Below are positions 26,813 through 40,724 of a stretch of 64,000 bases of DNA, in pieces. The notes beneath the pieces were generated by a model. That model saw only the letters and a list, made by a program, of their open reading frames with translations, had not been told where the DNA came from and did no database searches. Each line of letters opens with the position of its first letter. Position 1 is the stretch's first letter. The stretch is from Rhizophagus irregularis (lineage: Eukaryota): NCBI RefSeq assembly GCF_026210795.1, contig NC_089429.1, positions 620,001 through 684,000 on the forward strand, written 5' to 3'. The position numbers and the translations under genes were made by a program.

Positions 26813-27729
26813 ATAATGTACGGGACACTTGGCAAATTTTTATGCCGAGAGTTAGTTGCATTTTATCAATAGTCTCTGAATTTGATGATTAACGTTATGC
26901 AAATCTCTTACATCATATCACATGACGAATTAGTATCACACAAAATTTTATCGATGGTAAATAATACTCTCTTCACTCGCTCTCTTAACCTGTAATGATA
27001 AAAATATAAACCTGATGGATCATTATTGAAATAATTACTCAACTTGAACTTCCCAAAATTGTATTAAAATTTTATTATCTGAATTAATTATATCATATTA
27101 GTCAGAGAAAATTATTTTAAAAAAATATCAAGTAATTAAATTATCTGTTATTGGTTAAATGATAGATCAGAATTTTCATACTATGTCGGTTCGCTTTATA
27201 ATGAACTCGTGTTATACCGAATTTTACAGTAAACGAATTTTTAATATAGCACTGATTTAACATATAAAATATTCTCATTATACCGAATATTACTGATTAA
27301 ATGCTGTATACCGTATAACGAAGTAAAATCTACAAATTATATAACATCTTTATATATTAAATGGCTATTATTATAACAATTATTTTTTATACTGCTTTTA
27401 TATTTGTGTGATATACGTCGTGATACAGTATATTACAATATTCCAAATTTTTCCATTTGATACCAGAATTTCCATTATGTTAACGAATTTTCTTATAACG
27501 AACAATTCGTTATAAGGTGAACTGACCGTAGTCACTAATATCAAAATGATTTGGATCAATTTTTTTGATAATTTTGCTAAAGAAAATAATTTGAGATTTC
27601 TTTTAATATCTACCACATTTATAATGAAAAAAAATAATACTACAATTGTCTTCATATAAACATCATCTTTCTCTATAGAAATATATGTTTGACCGTGTAA
27701 TTAACCACTGAGAACGCCCCTATGAAATA

Positions 27730-30700
27730 TTTATTTTGCTCTTTTTAATGATCAGGCAGGCTGGTTTTTTTTATCACGCAAATGTCGATCATATTTTAAT
27801 TTCAGTAAACATTAACCTATTACTACTAATCGACTAAAGCTTTTTTTAACACAAAAAAGAAGAATACCTAGCTTTCAATTATCTAAATTAAATCTTTTCT
27901 AAATATTCTTAATAATTTTATCATTATTTTTTTTATAATATCATAAAAATGAAATTTTGAATCATATAATAAATTAAAAATTACATGCTTAACACGTAAC
28001 ATTTCTTTTTAAACCAATATTTATTGATATTTTATTGTTAAATATTTAATAATTGAATAAAGTTATAAATAAATAAAGAATTATTTAAATTACAAACTAA
28101 GAATTCTTTTACTACTCTAACGCTAATCTTAGTGTTTAAATAATTCAAATATTAAAATGAAATTACATTTAAATATATGAAATAATTTAAAATCCATCTA
28201 AAAAAAAATAAATATATTAGTAAATAAATCTTAATTGTTATTTTAATATTTTATTAATAAATTATAATAATAAACAAACCATCAGGAATTTCCAGTTCAT
28301 CTTGTTCTTCTGAATGAAGATTTGGATTATTATGTACTTCATCTTATAAATAAATAAAATAAGTATTAAGATAAATCATTGTTTAAAAAGCAATTTAATG
28401 AATATTACTTACCATCAATATCAACATTTGGTTTTTGTCGTGTTGTTTCTTTATCATAATAATTATTAATATCTATGTTGTTAAATAAAACAAATTTAGT
28501 AAATATTTATTATTTTAATTGAAATTGGAGGTAATATATCAAATATTTTACTTACCATTTTTTGAGTTTATCTTCAATTTTTTAAATACTTTGGATAATT
28601 TTTTACTGCCAGCTAAATTGTAAGATATTAATTAAATTATCATAGTACTGTATGTATTGTAAGTATTATTCATGCTTATAAAATGTATAATGGTTACAAA
28701 CCTTTAATAACATTACTTATTCTTGATGTATTCTCAATATTTTGATTACTTGATTTTATTTTGCTCTTTTTAATGATCAGGCAGGCTGGTTTTTTTTATC
28801 ACGCAAATGTCGATCATATTTTAATTTCAGTAAACATTAACCTATTACTACTAATCGACTAAAGCTTTTTTAACACAAAAAAGAAGAATTCCTAGCTTTC
28901 AATTATCTAAATTAAATCTTTTCTAAATATTCTTAATAATTTTATCATTATTTTTTTCATAATATCATAAAAATGAAATTTTGAATCATATAATAAATTA
29001 AAAATTACATGCTTAACACGTAACATTTCTTTTTAAACCAATATTTATTGATATTTTATGTTTAAATATTTAATAATTGAATAAAGTTATAAATAAATAA
29101 AGAATTATTTAAATTACAAACTAAGAATTCTTTTATACTCTCTTAGTGTTTAAATAATTCAAAATAATATAAATATTAAAATGAAATTACATTTAAATAT
29201 ATGAAATAATTTAAAATCCATCTAAAAAAAAATAAATATATTAGTAAAAAACCTTAATTGTTATTATTATTAATAAATTAAAATAACAAACAAACCATCC
29301 GGAATTTCCAGCTCATCTTGTTCTTCTGAATGAAGATTTGGATTATTATGCACTTCATCTTATAAATAAATAAAATAAGTATTAAGATAAATCATTGTTT
29401 AAAAAGCAATTTAATGAATATTACTTACCATCAATATCAACATTTGGTTTTTGTCGTGTTGTTTCTTTATCATAATAATTATTAATATCTATGTTGTTAA
29501 ATAAAACAAATTTAGTAAATATTTATTATTTTAATTGAAATTGGAGGTAATATATCAAATATTTTACTTACCATTTTTTGAGTTTATCTTCAATTTTTTA
29601 AATACTTTGGATAATTTTTTACTGCCAGCTAAATTGTAAGATATTAATTAAATTATCATAGTACTGTATGTATTGTAAGTATTATTCATGCTTATAAAAT
29701 GTATAATGGTTACAAACCTTTAATAACATTACTTATTCTTGATGTATTCTCAATATTTTGATTACTTGATTTTATTTTGCTCTTTTTAATGATCAGGCAG
29801 GCTGGTTTTTTTTATCACGCAAATGTCGATCATATTTTAATTTCAGTAAACATTAACCTATTACTACTAATCGACTAAAGCTTTTTTAACACAAAAAAGA
29901 AGAATTCCTAGCTTTCAATTATCTAAATTAAATCTTTTCTAAATATTCTTAATAATTTTATCATTATTTTTTTCATAATATCATAAAAATGAAATTTTGA
30001 ATCATATAATAAATTAAAAATTACATGCTTAACACGTAACATTTCTTTTTAAACCAATATTTATTGATATTTTATGTTTAAATATTTAATAATTGAATAA
30101 AGTTATAAATAAATAAAGAATTATTTAAATTACAAACTAAGAATTCTTTTATACTCTCTTAGTGTTTAAATAATTCAAAATAATATAAATATTAAAATGA
30201 AATTACATTTAAATATATGAAATAATTTAAAATCCATCTAAAAAAAATAAATATATTAGTAAAAAACCTTAATTGTTATTATTATTAATAAATTAAAATA
30301 ACAAACAAACCATCCGGAATTTCCAGCTCATCTTGTTCTTCTGAATGAAGATTTGGATTATTATGCACTTCATCTTATAAATAAATAAAATAAGTATTAA
30401 GATAAATCATTGTTTAAAAAGCAATTTAATGAATATTACTTACCATCAATATCAACATTTGGTTTTTGTCGTGTTGTTTCTTTATCATAATAATTATTAA
30501 TATCTATGTTGTTAAATAAAACAAATTTAGTAAATATTTATTATTTTAATTGAAATTGGAGGTAATATATCAAATATTTTACTTACCATTTTTTGAGTTT
30601 ATCTTCAATTTTTTAAATACTTTGGATAATTTTTTACTGCCAGCTAAATTGTAAGATATTAATTAAATTATCATAGTACTGTATGTATTGTAAGTATTAT

Positions 30701-31803
30701 TCATGCTTATAAAATGTATAATGGTTACAAACCTTTAATAACATTACTTATTCTTGATGTATTCTCAATATTTTGATTACTTGATTTTATTTTGCTCTTT
30801 TTAATGATCAGGCAGGCTGGTTTTTTTTATCACGCAAATGTCGATCATATTTTAATTTCAGTAAACATTAACCTATTACTACTAATCGACTAAAGCTTTT
30901 TTAACACAAAAAAGAAGAATTCCTAGCTTTCAATTATCTAAATTAAATCTTTTCTAAATATTCTTAATAATTTTATCATTATTTTTTTCATAATATCATA
31001 AAAATGAAATTTTGAATCATATAATAAATTAAAAATTACATGCTTAACACGTAACATTTCTTTTTAAACCAATATTTATTGATATTTTATGTTTAAATAT
31101 TTAATAATTGAATAAAGTTATAAATAAATAAAGAATTATTTAAATTACAAACTAAGAATTCTTTTATACTCTCTTAGTGTTTAAATAATTCAAAATAATA
31201 TAAATATTAAAATGAAATTACATTTAAATATATGAAATAATTTAAAATCCATCTAAAAAAAAATAAATATATTAGTAAAAAACCTTAATTGTTATTATTA
31301 TTAATAAATTAAAATAACAAACAAACCATCCGGAATTTCCAGCTCATCTTGTTCTTCTGAATGAAGATTTGGATTATTATGCACTTCATCTTATAAATAA
31401 ATAAAATAAGTATTAAGATAAATCATTGTTTAAAAAGCAATTTAATGAATATTACTTACCATCAATATCAACATTTGGTTTTTGTCGTGTTGTTTCTTTA
31501 TCATAATAATTATTAATATCTATGTTGTTAAATAAAACAAATTTAGTAAATATTTATTATTTTAATTGAAATTGGAGGTAATATATCAAATATTTTACTT
31601 ACCATTTTTTGAGTTTATCTTCAATTTTTTAAATACTTTGGATAATTTTTTACTGCCAGCTAAATTGTAAGATATTAATTAAATTATCATAGTACTGTAT
31701 GTATTGTAAGTATTATTCATGCTTATAAAATGTATAATGGTTACAAACCTTTAATAACATTACTTATTCTTGATGTATTCTCAATATTTTGATTACTTGA
31801 TTT
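27730..31803. repeat. Four tandem ~1.02 kb copies of the 3' exons and 3'UTR of kinase K2
   Basis: Anchor atcaggcaggctgg at 27751, 28776, 29792 and 30807 (periods 1025, 1016, 1015). Each unit holds the last four exons and the stop. Confidence 0.95.
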
Positions 31804-33543
31804 ACCAATATCATCAACTAAGAAATAATTATAATTATTAATACTTTATTATTAAATAAAATTAAATGTAATTCTAAAAATACCTACTATTATCAGGAAT
31901 ACTAAAGTCATGTAATTTACTATGAAATGCTATTTTAAAAAGATATTTTTAAAATTATTATTAATTAATGATTACAGATAATATAAAAATTTATTAGTTT
32001 TATATTACCTTCTTGTTCTCCTATTATTATTTAATTTAAAAATAACAATTAATAATAATCATGTTAAAAACAAAAATTAAATAGTTAATAGTTATTAAAT
32101 AATTAGTATACCTTCTGTTGCATTTTTTGGTTCAGGTAAATTTTCGAATGTATGAATTTTACTTGTAAATAATTTACTGTTCATATTATTACTTATTTCT
32201 TTATTCACTTTTGGTATTGTTTTAGGTAATTCATTTGGATTATTTTGATAATATGACTTAATTTTATTCATCTTTTTATGAAGTGTATCAATATCAGGCC
32301 TTTCTAATGGATTAGCGTCCCAACATTGTTCCATTAAACTTTTATATTCTGAAGGAATTTCTGAAATAATTTTTGGTCTTATGCCATTAATGATATTAAT
32401 TGCAAGATTACAATCATGCTCATAATTTATAAATGGTGGTTGTCCAAATGAAATTTCCCACATAAGCATTGCAATACTGTAAATATCAGATTTAAAAGTA
32501 TATCCATTTCCATTAATAACTTCAGGAGCTATGTAAGGAAGATTTCCATAAATGCTTGTTGATGGTTTGTCTGCAGGACCACAAAATCCAAGATCACTAA
32601 TACGCCAATTATTATGTGACTGGGAATATAATATATTTCCAGAATGCAAATCTCTATGAATTGAATCCTCTTTATGAATATAATAAAGTGCATTAATTAT
32701 CAAAAAAATAATATTAATTCTTTCGTTCCATGTAAGTTGATTATGATTTTGTGGTAAATATTCTCTTAAATTCATGTCATATTCATTCATTACAAGCAAA
32801 TAATTTCCATTTGATGGATTTTGTGTTATACCATAACATTCAACAATTATTGCGTGTTTGTTGCTTATAATAAAATGCGATTTGGCCTATATAAAGCAGT
32901 AAATTTTATTAATAATTAAATTTAAATTTAAGTTCTTTTAAATATTTTTTAAGTTACAAACCTCTTCAAACCAACTTTGACTTGCATTTTCAACATTTCC
33001 TAATTCTTTAAGTATTACATATTGAGCTCCAAATCTTATTAATTGTTGTTTTTTAATATCCCATTCTTCATATTGTCCATCAATCCAATCTGCTGTATAA
33101 ATCTTAGAGAATCCACCTTTTGTTAGATATTCAATGTTTTCTAAATTATTATATGGGATCCATTCAATTATTGCATTTGGTCCAAGTGTTTCTAATTGAC
33201 AATTTTTTATTAAATTATCAATATTATTATTTCCAGATGTCCAGTTTGAGAAGTTTGCTTTTAAATAATTTCGAACACAATATTCACAATATAATATAGC
33301 TAAACATTTTTGATTACAATTTTCACAAATTCTTCTTGTTCCTGAATTATAATAAATTTTATCTGCGTCATAATTTTTATTATTTTCTCTTATTGCTTCA
33401 GTTTTTTCTTCTTCTGTAAAAGAATCATCAGCAAGAATTATTTGTTTCACAGACTCACGGTATTTATGAAAGTCATTAGTGTCAATTGATGTAAATGCTC
33501 TACTAAGCACTGCATAAATTAATTCTCGCCGAATATTAGACAT
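31242..33543 (-). CDS. Tyrosine-kinase-like protein kinase K2 (multi-exon)
   Basis: ORFs 32938-33543 and 32095-32799 are joined by a GT..AG intron. Motifs VILKEL, HRDLHSGN, ISDLGF, YIAPE intact. Short 3' exons end DGF* at 31242 in the proximal repeat unit. Confidence 0.9.
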
Positions 33544-34484
33544 TTTATAAAAAAAATCGACATTATTTTTTGCACTGTATTTTTATAATTAAAAAAAATG
33601 TTTCCATAGACGGTTAATTAAATAAGTGGTGTAACCAATAAAATTTTTAGTATTGTCTACTGATCTACCTGTCATGTGCCACATCATTTGTACTAAAAAG
33701 CATCATCTGATCAACACACAAATTGATAGGCTGCTATTAATAATATACATTTTTATTAAGTGAAAATAAATTTAATTCTTTATTTCTCATTTCTAAACGT
33801 ATAAGATCATCACCGATAACCTGGATCTTAAAATTTTTTATTTTTTTGCTTTTTTTTGTATAGAAAATTGTAAAAACATTAATTTCATTAATTTCGCAGA
33901 AAATAATTTATAAACTTTTTTTTTTTTTTGTATAATCTTTAATGTTTAATATTAATGAAATGTATTTCTAGAATAATGCATTTAGAAAAAAAAGAGCTTT
34001 TTAATCAAATCCTCATAAAAAAATTCAACGTATCAATTACACTTATAAATTCATAATATAATAAAATTTCAAATTCTCAATCGGATCCATATTTAGAGAT
34101 TTGATTTTCTATGTTAACGATAAATTTCAGTGATAATAAAAATATCATATTTTATGTAGATTCACAATATCAATCAATTTTTTTCAATTAATGTAGGACA
34201 TTTATAAATTCTTTTTAATAATTTTTTAAGAAAAAAAAAATTGCTTATATTTTAATGTACTACTTAATTTTTTACTTAACGTTTTTATTCAAAAAAAAAA
34301 ATAAAGGATTTTGATAAAATATATATTGTATATTTGTTTTATATTAAGGATCCGATATATTGGGGAACGTTCTAGTATATTTGTAATACCTGGTACGATA
34401 CCTGAACGTAATATCAAATAAGTTCACTTGCAAATATATTTGATCAATGTGATAAATTGGTTTTTTCTTTTCAAGTTGAAAATT

Positions 34485-35550
34485 ATGCCTAAAAATGTCT
34501 AACTCAATTTTCCCAAAATTTAAACAAAGCTATATTAAATTTTGAATATTAAGTAAGGATCCCAACGTAAAAATATTTCGTGCGTATCTTTATGGTGACA
34601 TTTTTTTTTTCATTGAATGAATAAAATACTTTAGATATCTTTAAGGTCTTAATCGCTGCTGATAAGCTGTTTCTTTGTGAATTAGTTTATTATTTACAAA
34701 AATATTTAATTGAGAACAAATCCAGGTACATATCGAAAAAGTTTTCAATATAACAATTTATTAGAACTTCAACAATGTTAATGATTTAAATTACTGGATT
34801 TTATTTCATTACCCGAAAAATCATCAATTTCACTTATTAAAAGAGATAATTTACAAATGAAGGAAGTTGAAGTATGGTAACATGTTAAAATAAGACTTGC
34901 ACAAAATCAAACTCTCATTTCAGATCCGACGAATGATAATTTTAAAATGGTAGAAATACTTTATAAAATTCTTACTTTTAATTTATTATCTAAAGAATTT
35001 TTGCATAAAGTGATGTCTATAAAAAAAAAACTTTCAGATTTAGACTTATTGAATTCATATATGGATCCTGATATTTAACCAAATGGCAAACAACATTTCA
35101 ATTCCCAGAAACTTTAAACATTATTGAATCAAAGATCGTTAATTTTAAATATAATATCAAACTATTTAAAAATGGATTGATAAAGTGATATTTGAGAGAA
35201 TCATAAATTTAAATTATTATTAAGAGATAGTCAAAATGGATTTACTTCCAATAAATTTCATGAATTAAAACTAATACCGTTACATTTATTAAAAGTAAAG
35301 GGAACTGGAGAAATTCTAGGTAAACATAATCCCTCAATATAGAAATCTAATCTTATATAGCTTTATATTTTTCATTTAAGAGTGAAGATGAACTTGTCTG
35401 CTTAACCTTACGTCATGTAATTTATGGTTCTTCATTTACATTATTATATATCAGTTCCGAAATAGATATGATATAATATTTATAGACAAGACAAACTCAT
35501 TATGAGAAAAGGATAAGAGACGTGAGGTATTTCATATCATGAAATAGGTA
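34485..35550 (+). pseudogene. BTB/POZ-BACK-TLDc gene relic
   Basis: Fragments translate to KDPNVKIFRA, DIFKVLIAADKLFLCELVYYLQKYLIENK, DFISLPEKSSISLIKRDNLQMKEVEVW*, FKLLLRDSQNGFTSNKFHE and VKGTGEILGKHNP, with many stops and frameshifts. Confidence 0.8.
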
Positions 35551-35814
35551 AAATAAATATCAAATGTAAATTTGTTTTACGTTTTAAATGATCTTATCTT
35601 CTTGTTTTCACTATATAATTTTTTTTTATTTTTAAACAATAAAAATCCTTATCCAAAAAAGTTATTTTTCACAAGACATCTTACTACTCTAGTCTTAGTG
35701 TTTAATGAAAAGAACGAACTTTTAAATATTGCAAAAAAATTTTTCATTTATAATAAGTTAACTCAAATTGATTGAAATTAAATGACAAAATAGTTTTAAC
35801 ACTTAATATGACAG

Positions 35815-36260
35815 GCACGTCTGAAATGTGTGCCAGGTTGACGGCGCAGTGTGGCGCAGTAATTTCAAAAAGATTTAAGTTAAAGATTTTCTTTTTAATG
35901 TAAAGCTTTCAAATTTACACATTAGATGTATTTTCATCTGTTTTACAAAATTCACTTATAAATGGAAGGAGGTTTTGGAAGTAGATTTTGACTTTAGTAT
36001 ATAACAACCGATTTTATCGTCTTTGCCGATCATTTCCAAAATTGGATTTGTCGAAAGAACAGTTTTTGTTAAATAACTCGAAAATGGCCTTCTAAACCAC
36101 CCGTATATGCTTTAAGTAAATTTGCAGAGCGGACAAAAATACACCTAATGCAGAAATTTAAAGGTTTTATTTTAAATAAAAAAAAATTGCAATTTAATTT
36201 TTTTGGAAAAAATCGCTGCGCCACACTGCGCCATCAACCTGGCACACATTTCAGACATGC
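35815..36260. mobile_element. Mutator-type MITE, 446 bp, ~45-bp TIRs, 9-bp TSD
   Basis: TIRs gcacgtctgaaatgtgtgccaggttgacggcgcagtgtggcgcag / ctgcgccacactgcgccatcaacctggcacacatttcagacatgc. TSD atatgacag at 35806-35814 and 36261-36269. Confidence 0.9.
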
Positions 36261-38257
36261 ATATGACAGTTGTAATGACGTTAAATAATGGTTAAAAAAT
36301 TTACAAAGTTAATCTGGCAAAACTAATCTTAAAGCAGTAAGCTGTACATATCTGTACAAACTGATATCATAATCTCGGCATATCGTGACATAGTGAGTTT
36401 ATAAAATTAATGTTAACATATTTTAGATCATTTTCTTCTGAAAATCTATTTTAAAAAAGTCATCAAATAAAATAATGTTTAGTTAATGGTAACTGAACGT
36501 GCACAATTACAGTATAACAAGTTAATACATATCCTAAAATGACATGATCGATAACCATATTTATTTGAGTAAGTGATCCTTACGTCGAATCTACTTTCAA
36601 TTTTGGAAAGAAAAACATGGTAAAAGTCGTTCAATAGAACTTTCTAAGAATTGAAACCAAGAAAAAATTGTAACCACCATTTAAATAAACATAATGTTGG
36701 TTCACAAGTTTCTTTTTATTCAAACTTAAAAGGATGTACAAACTGAATATTAATTTTGGATCATAATATAGCCATCGTCTATCGAATGATTATTAAGAAC
36801 TGATTTTGAAACTTAATCGCTTTATTTTTTTTTTAAAAAAAGAGCACTAAATAAATAATTATTAATAATGAAACAAGTGGTTTTTTGAAGTATGATTAGA
36901 AAGAAGGGAAATTTTATTTATTTGTTAATACGATTATTAACAATTTATCTTTATTTTCTTTTATTAGATTTTAGCAATTGAAATAGGATTCATCACAATT
37001 TTTTATTTCATTTATTGTCTAACAATACTGATGAATTTTTTCTTTCGGAATTTCTCGTAAAGAACTAACCGTTTAAAGACACTATCTTGGTACGCTTAAG
37101 AAATTCACATCAATTTATTATTATTTTATATTGTCTGTTCATTATTATATTACAAACATAATATTTCCATGATTTTAGTAAATTCATAACTATACATATC
37201 TTATGCCACGTGATTAATCTTGAATTTTCTTAGTCGCTTAATGATTTGAAAGAAACTGAACCGCATTTTTAAGGAAAAAATTAAACTCTATTGGTATGAT
37301 TATTTTAATAAATAATTTAAATAATATATTAATTTTACTTTTTCTAATAAAATAAAATTATTGATTTGATTAAAATTTCCCTTTTGCACGAATTTATTAT
37401 TATACAAATGTTTAAACTTTGTAATTTTTCATTCATTGCAAGTAAATTAAGATGCTTTAAATCAATATATTTGTAATTAACAAAAAAAATTTTAAGCCTG
37501 TTAAAGAATTGGTTTTATTATTTCTTAAACTTTCCCAAACTATACATAAGAAGGTAGTGATACGAGTTTGCGTAAAATTATTCATAATAAATCATGTGTA
37601 TTTTTCCTTTTATAGGTAGCCAACTAGAATTTATTTCCTTTTTAAGTGCTTGCTGGTAATCTCAGTCTTGAAAGAATGCCTAGATTGGCTGCTATATATA
37701 TTTAGTTAGAGGTCCTCTTTTACTGTATTTACTGTATTTTATTATGAGAGAAAATCTCGACCAATTAAACTTCATATTAATCATCTTCATGTGAACATAT
37801 TTTATGAAAAATTGTCATATAATTGGCTTAGATAGTATTGTCATCGTCTATCTCTCTATCTCTACAAAAATTATTTATTTTGCTCTATAATCAGGCAGAT
37901 CATAATAATATGAGAGCATTTTTTTTTGATTATGCAATGTTAATTATATTCATTGGCTCAGTAAATACTAGTAATTGATTAGATTTTTAGCATATAAAAA
38001 AAAAGAATTTTTTAATAGATGGCCTAATAATTTATTTTTCATAATATCCCAAATGAATTTGATAATAAAAAATTACATGATTAATATTCCAATAAATTTT
38101 AAAAACCAATATTTATTGATATTTTATATTTATACATTTATCAATAGTATATATAAATAAAGAAGAATTATTTAAATTACAAACTAAGAATTTTCTTATT
38201 ACTCTAATCTTAGTGTTTAAATAATTCATGATAATAAATAATAAAATAAAATTGTAT

Positions 38258-40541
38258 TTAATTTAGTTTGTTGAAATCGTCTAAAAAAAAAATAAATGTA
38301 CTAACAAATAAATTGTAATTATTATTTTAAATATATTATCAGTATTTTTGAATAATAAACAAACCATCGGAAATCTTCAACTCATCTTGTTCTTCTAAAT
38401 GAAATTTTGGATTATTATTATATACTTCATCTTCATCTAAAAATTAAAATAATATAAGATAAATTATTATTTACAAGCAATTTAATAATATCACTTACCA
38501 ATAATATCAACATTTGGTTCTTGTTGTATTGTTTCTTTATCATAATAATTTTGAATATTGATGTTTTTAAATAATCAATTTATTTATTCTTCGTTCTTTA
38601 TCTTCAAATAATGTTATATGAAAATTGAATTGAAATATTAATAAATAGTTTACTTACCATTCTCCATTTTCAATTTTTTAAATAATCTGGATGATTCTTT
38701 ATCATTATCTAAAAATTAACTTTACAAATTAGTACTTATTTGTTATAAAATCTTAATATAAAATAAATTACCTTCATTACGATTTTTTAAATTAATTGAT
38801 GTATACTGATTGCTTATTGTGCTAAAAATACTAGCTATAATAAAGATTAATCATTTAATATTTTATTATATAAAATCCAATGTCATTTTAATAAATACTT
38901 ACAATTATCAGAAATACTAAAATCATATAATTTACTACTGGTATAAAATGCTATTTTTTTAAAAAAAGGACTATTTCAATTTATTATTAATCAAAACATT
39001 ATGCTAAAGCATTATACTTTACATTACCTTCTTGTTCTTCTATTATAAATTAATTAAAAAATATTATATTAAAATAAAAGAATAAAGTCAATAATCATTA
39101 AATAGCCATACCTTTTGTTGCATTTTTTGGTTCAGGTAAATTTTCAAATTTATAAATTTTACTTGTAAATAATTTACTACTAAAAATATTGCTTGTTTTT
39201 TTTTCTATCTTTGCTATTAATTGAGGTAATTCATTTGGATTATTTCGATAATATGAATTAATTTCTCTGATTTTTTTCAAAAGTGCATGAGCATCTGGTC
39301 TTTTTAATGGATTAGCGTCCCAACATTGTTCCATTAAACTTTTATATTTTGAAGGAATTTCTGATATAATTTTTGGTCTTATACCATCAATGATATTAAG
39401 TGCAAGAATACAATCATGTTCATAATTCATAAATGGAGGTTGTCCAAATGAAATTTCCCACATAAGCATTGCAATACTGTAAATATCAGATTTAAAAGTA
39501 TATCCTTTTCCACTAATAACTTCAGGAGCTATGTAAGGAAGATTTCCATATATATTTGTTGATAATTTGTCTGCAGGACCACAAAATCCAAGATCACTAG
39601 TACGCCAACAATCATTAAAATTTGAATATAATATATTTCTAGAATGTAAATCTCTATGAATTGAATTTTCTCTATGAATATAATAAAGATGATCAATTAT
39701 TTCAAAAGTAATTCTAATTCTTTTATCCCATGTAAGTTGATTATGATATTGTTGTAAATATTCTCTTAAATTCATATCATACGGTTCTATTGCAAGCATA
39801 TAATTACCATTTGATGGATTTTGTGTTATACCGTAACATTTAATAATTGCAGTGAGCTTGTTGCCTATAGTAAGATGTGATTTAGCCTATAAAAATTAAT
39901 AAATTTTATTAATAATTTAAATTTTAAATGTACCTCTTAAGATGTTTTAAATTATAAACCTCTTCAAACCAGCTTTGGTTTGCATCTTCAACATTTCCTA
40001 ATTCTTTAAGTATTACACTATGAGCTCCAAATCTTAATAATTGTTGTTCTTTAGAATCCCATTCTTCATATCCACCATCAATCCATTTTGCTGTATAAAT
40101 ATTAGAGAATCCACCTTTTGTTAGATATTTAATATTTTCTAGATTATTATATGGGATCCATTCAATTGTGTTATCTGAGGAAAGTGTTTCTAATTGACAA
40201 TTCTTTATTAAATTATCAATATTATTATTTCCAGATGTCCAGTTTGAGAAGTTTGCTTTTAAATAATTTCGAACACAATATTCACAATACAATGTAGCTA
40301 AACATTTCTGGTTACAATTTTCACAAATTCTTCTTGTTCCTGAATTATAAAAAATTTTATCTCGGTCATAATGTTTATTATTTTCTCTTATTGCATCAGT
40401 TTTTTCTTCTTCTGTTAGAGATTCGTCAGTAAGAATTATTTGTTGCGTAAATTCATATCCTTCGTGGAAGTCACCATGATCGAATGATGCATGTGCTCTC
40501 ATAAGTGTTGCTTGAACTAAATCTATTCGAATATTAGACAT
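38258..40541 (-). CDS. Tyrosine-kinase-like protein kinase K3 (multi-exon)
   Basis: ORFs 39924-40541 and 39098-39799 are spliced together. Motifs VILKEL, HRDLHSRN, TSDLGF, YIAPE. An EEQE micro-exon and short 3' exons run to TAA 38260-38258. Confidence 0.88.
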
Positions 40542-40724
40542 ATTGTAAAATATTTAATTTGCTAGTAAATACGAAAATAAGCTTCCGTAGACGGTTAAAC
40601 CAATAAATGGTGCAACCATCAGATATTTAATATTGTCTATTGATCTACCAATCATGTACTACATGGTAAAAATGAATAAAAAGTGATCATCTGATTCATC
40701 GTCACACAAATGATGACTGTATTA

